This document shows, one piece after another, positions 1 to 34,067 of a stretch of DNA of 34,067 bases. Position numbers and translations under genes: made by a program. Where the stretch lies: assembly GCA_002633005.1 (NCBI GenBank), contig NMRA01000263.1, positions 91,217-125,283 on the forward strand, in the 5' to 3' direction. The stretch is from Phoronis australis. Its lineage: Eukaryota > Animalia > Phoronida. The first letter of the stretch is position 1. The number at the start of each line of letters is the position of its first letter. The notes under the pieces are model-generated. The model was not told the origin of the DNA and did not search any database. It saw only the letters and a list, made by a program, of their open reading frames with translations.

Positions 1-1152
1 TGTAGTTTTAATTTAAACAGACATCACGTCAACATCGCAGCAACAACGCGTCCAAATTTTAATCGTGTAATTATCTTTTCACGGTCAGCACAAACACTTC
101 GATAGCATTAAAAACATGGCTGCAACGTTTCTGTCATGTCTCGATAGCATGGGCTGCCTCCGCCCTCCTCCCTGTGGGGTACCATTACAGATGACATGCC
201 TTGGTTTTCATATTTTCAGGAAATATTGTGCCACTGATAGCATAGAGAAAACGGGTCAATCAATCAGAAATGATAATTTTATGTCAATAAAAATCATACA
301 GAATGCATTAGATGATTAAATTTGCGTTTATGACAATTTGTATAAAAATGCTCACTAGGAGGTAGAAAAAGCTTGAACAGACAATAAAATACACTATAAC
401 TATACCTTTCATTTTAATAGAGACTAATATCAAATGCTAAAATTTCAATACACACTGCTGCTAAAAGACAATACATGTATGTAAACATGTGTAAACTAGT
501 AAACACTATCACACTAGCTTAAAAGTTAAATACTGTAGTTAGGCAAGGTACAATCACTGTATACACCTGCAGAGGGATTTCTCATTGAAGAACACTAGTT
601 CACCAATGGTACAGATGAGTCTAAATCTCAATCAATCCACCCTTACAAGAACAAACATATGAATTTCCCCCTGGACTAGAACTGCAGTTCACTTCAGCTA
701 ATTACCAGTAACATATTAAGTTTTCATGCCCTTGTTCAATTTTGTCTTTGTTTATGACATTCACAATCTCACAGCTGACAGAATTCAAACACTTTAAGCC
801 TACATTTCACAATAGCACCAAATAAAATCAGTAGCATCTAGAGGGGAAACCAGAGTTTTGCAAACATTTTTTGCACTGTCACAAATACACAATTTAGAGA
901 TCTCAAAAATCTCAATACAGACCATTGCAACTCTAAAAAGAGAGTACAATTTTGTTTTGCTAGTAATCATAGGATTACTTTAATATAGAGGATACTGTGT
1001 AAAAAAACCTGAGTCAGTAAAAATGTATTTCATGTGTACAGCTGAGATTTTTTATCTACTTATAAAAACATTTAACTGTACTACAATGCTTATTAAACAT
1101 GTTTTTACAAAAAGTTTAAAACAGGATAATCACATTAGTCAGTGCTTTCCAT

Positions 1153-1158
1153 TTTATT
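1153..1158 (-). promoter_or_regulatory. Candidate polyadenylation signal AATAAA
   Basis: tttatt on the + strand, about 90 nt downstream of the stop. An alternative ATTAAA at 413-418 is followed by a GT/T-rich tract. Confidence 0.35.
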
Positions 1159-1249
1159 AAGAAAACAAATCCCAGTTCTCATCATGTATTGGGTAGGTTG
1201 ATGAACGAACCATTCCTACTGAACCTTGTTTGCTAACACACCTCATGAC

Positions 1250-32994
<31,745 letters not shown>

Positions 32995-33578
32995 CTGAGA
33001 TCACCATGAAATAATGGTTTTAGTAATATGTTAGTAAGAGACAATTGAGCAAGAACTCCATTGATGTTACGATCAGTCAGTAATTTAAGAGCAAACTATA
33101 TCAACATTATGTCAATATGATGAGAACAATGCAATCAGCCGGTTGGAATGTCTTCATCCATGGTCACAAAATAACAGATAGTTGCTTTACTGTGACAATC
33201 CAAATGGCTATTTGGCAAATAAAGTAGCCATTGGCAAGTCTGTAACTATTTTTAACTTACAAGGAAGAGTAAGTCGGGCTACACTGTCTAGTAATTTTGG
33301 TTGAACATAGTATAAAGACGAAAAGATTTTTATGAGAATTCTTATCAACCATCAATATGAATTCATACGACTGTTATATGATATTAACGACTGATAAGAA
33401 TGTACACGATTAACAGTCAGTATATTTTTTCTTGCAATTTACTGAGTAATGATCAATGATCAAAAGAGGTTTTCCATGAATGATACTACAATATCAGACT
33501 GACAATATTTATCTTCAGTCAGATATGAATTCATATTAGTTCAACCAATCATGAAAATGAGGGTTTACCCAAACAACA

Positions 33579-34067
33579 TACGGTAAAGTCGCGTGATTTT
33601 CGGACGGCCCGCCATTTTCGACCAAGAATAAATATTTGCGAAATGAGTTTTTCATAGTCCACGAAATTCGTACAAGGTTCAAAAACTGTTTTTCAAAGAT
33701 TCTCGAATTTCGGACATTGTCATAAACATCGGAATTTTGTCCCGCGACTTTCGGACAAGGAAAATTTTAGAAACGGTAATTTGGGATCGACGCTATTTTC
33801 GTGTCACTAAAGCGTTCAACGGATGATTACTACTGTATAAGGCTTGAGTCCGAGAATCGGTACAACGGGTTTGTAATTTTTACCTTGTCTTGACGATGTC
33901 ACGACCGTTACTCGATTGTCTTGAGTTTAGCTTGTGTTTGGCGCTTTAGCTATGAAAAGAATCACCCGAGTTCGGCATAACGAAAATTTCTGATGAAAAT
34001 ACAAATAGGAAATACACCGAAGGCTGCAACTTTTCGTTGTAGCGTAACATGTGCTCTGGTTTAAATA
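33579..34067. mobile_element. CpG-rich segment, possible left end of a DNA transposon running off the window
   Basis: Abrupt CpG rise after ta|cggtaaagtcgcg; TTCGGAC repeated at 33599, 33709 and 33750. Confidence 0.4.

Noticed and set aside
116-319. ORF MAATFLSC... with aaaacATGG context
   Set aside because: Short, no recognisable domain and no exon chain; it cannot be supported as a gene

Overview
Eukaryotic, AT-rich, intron-containing genomic DNA that looks like an invertebrate; the species cannot be fixed from sequence. The window is occupied by the 3' part of one minus-strand gene encoding a kielin/chordin-like (KCP / Crossveinless-2 family) secreted BMP modulator. I traced 32 GT-AG exons by hand (32994 down to TAG at 1250-1252). 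They total 5675 coding nt (about 1890 aa) and every junction is phase-consistent. They encode at least 27 VWC/chordin-type repeats (the first one partial), then a VWD domain with GDPH, a C8 domain and a TIL domain. The N-terminus and signal peptide lie beyond the window. The introns contain several MITE-like elements, a dispersed repeat family, Penelope-type minimal hammerhead ribozyme motifs, a decayed THAP-domain ORF, a decayed copy of a VWC exon, and tandem repeats built from an exon end plus its own splice donor after two adjacent VWD exons. A 386-bp duplication next to an N is probably an assembly or haplotype artefact. I found no prokaryotic-type system (CRISPR, operon). The notable signals concern splicing and mobile elements.
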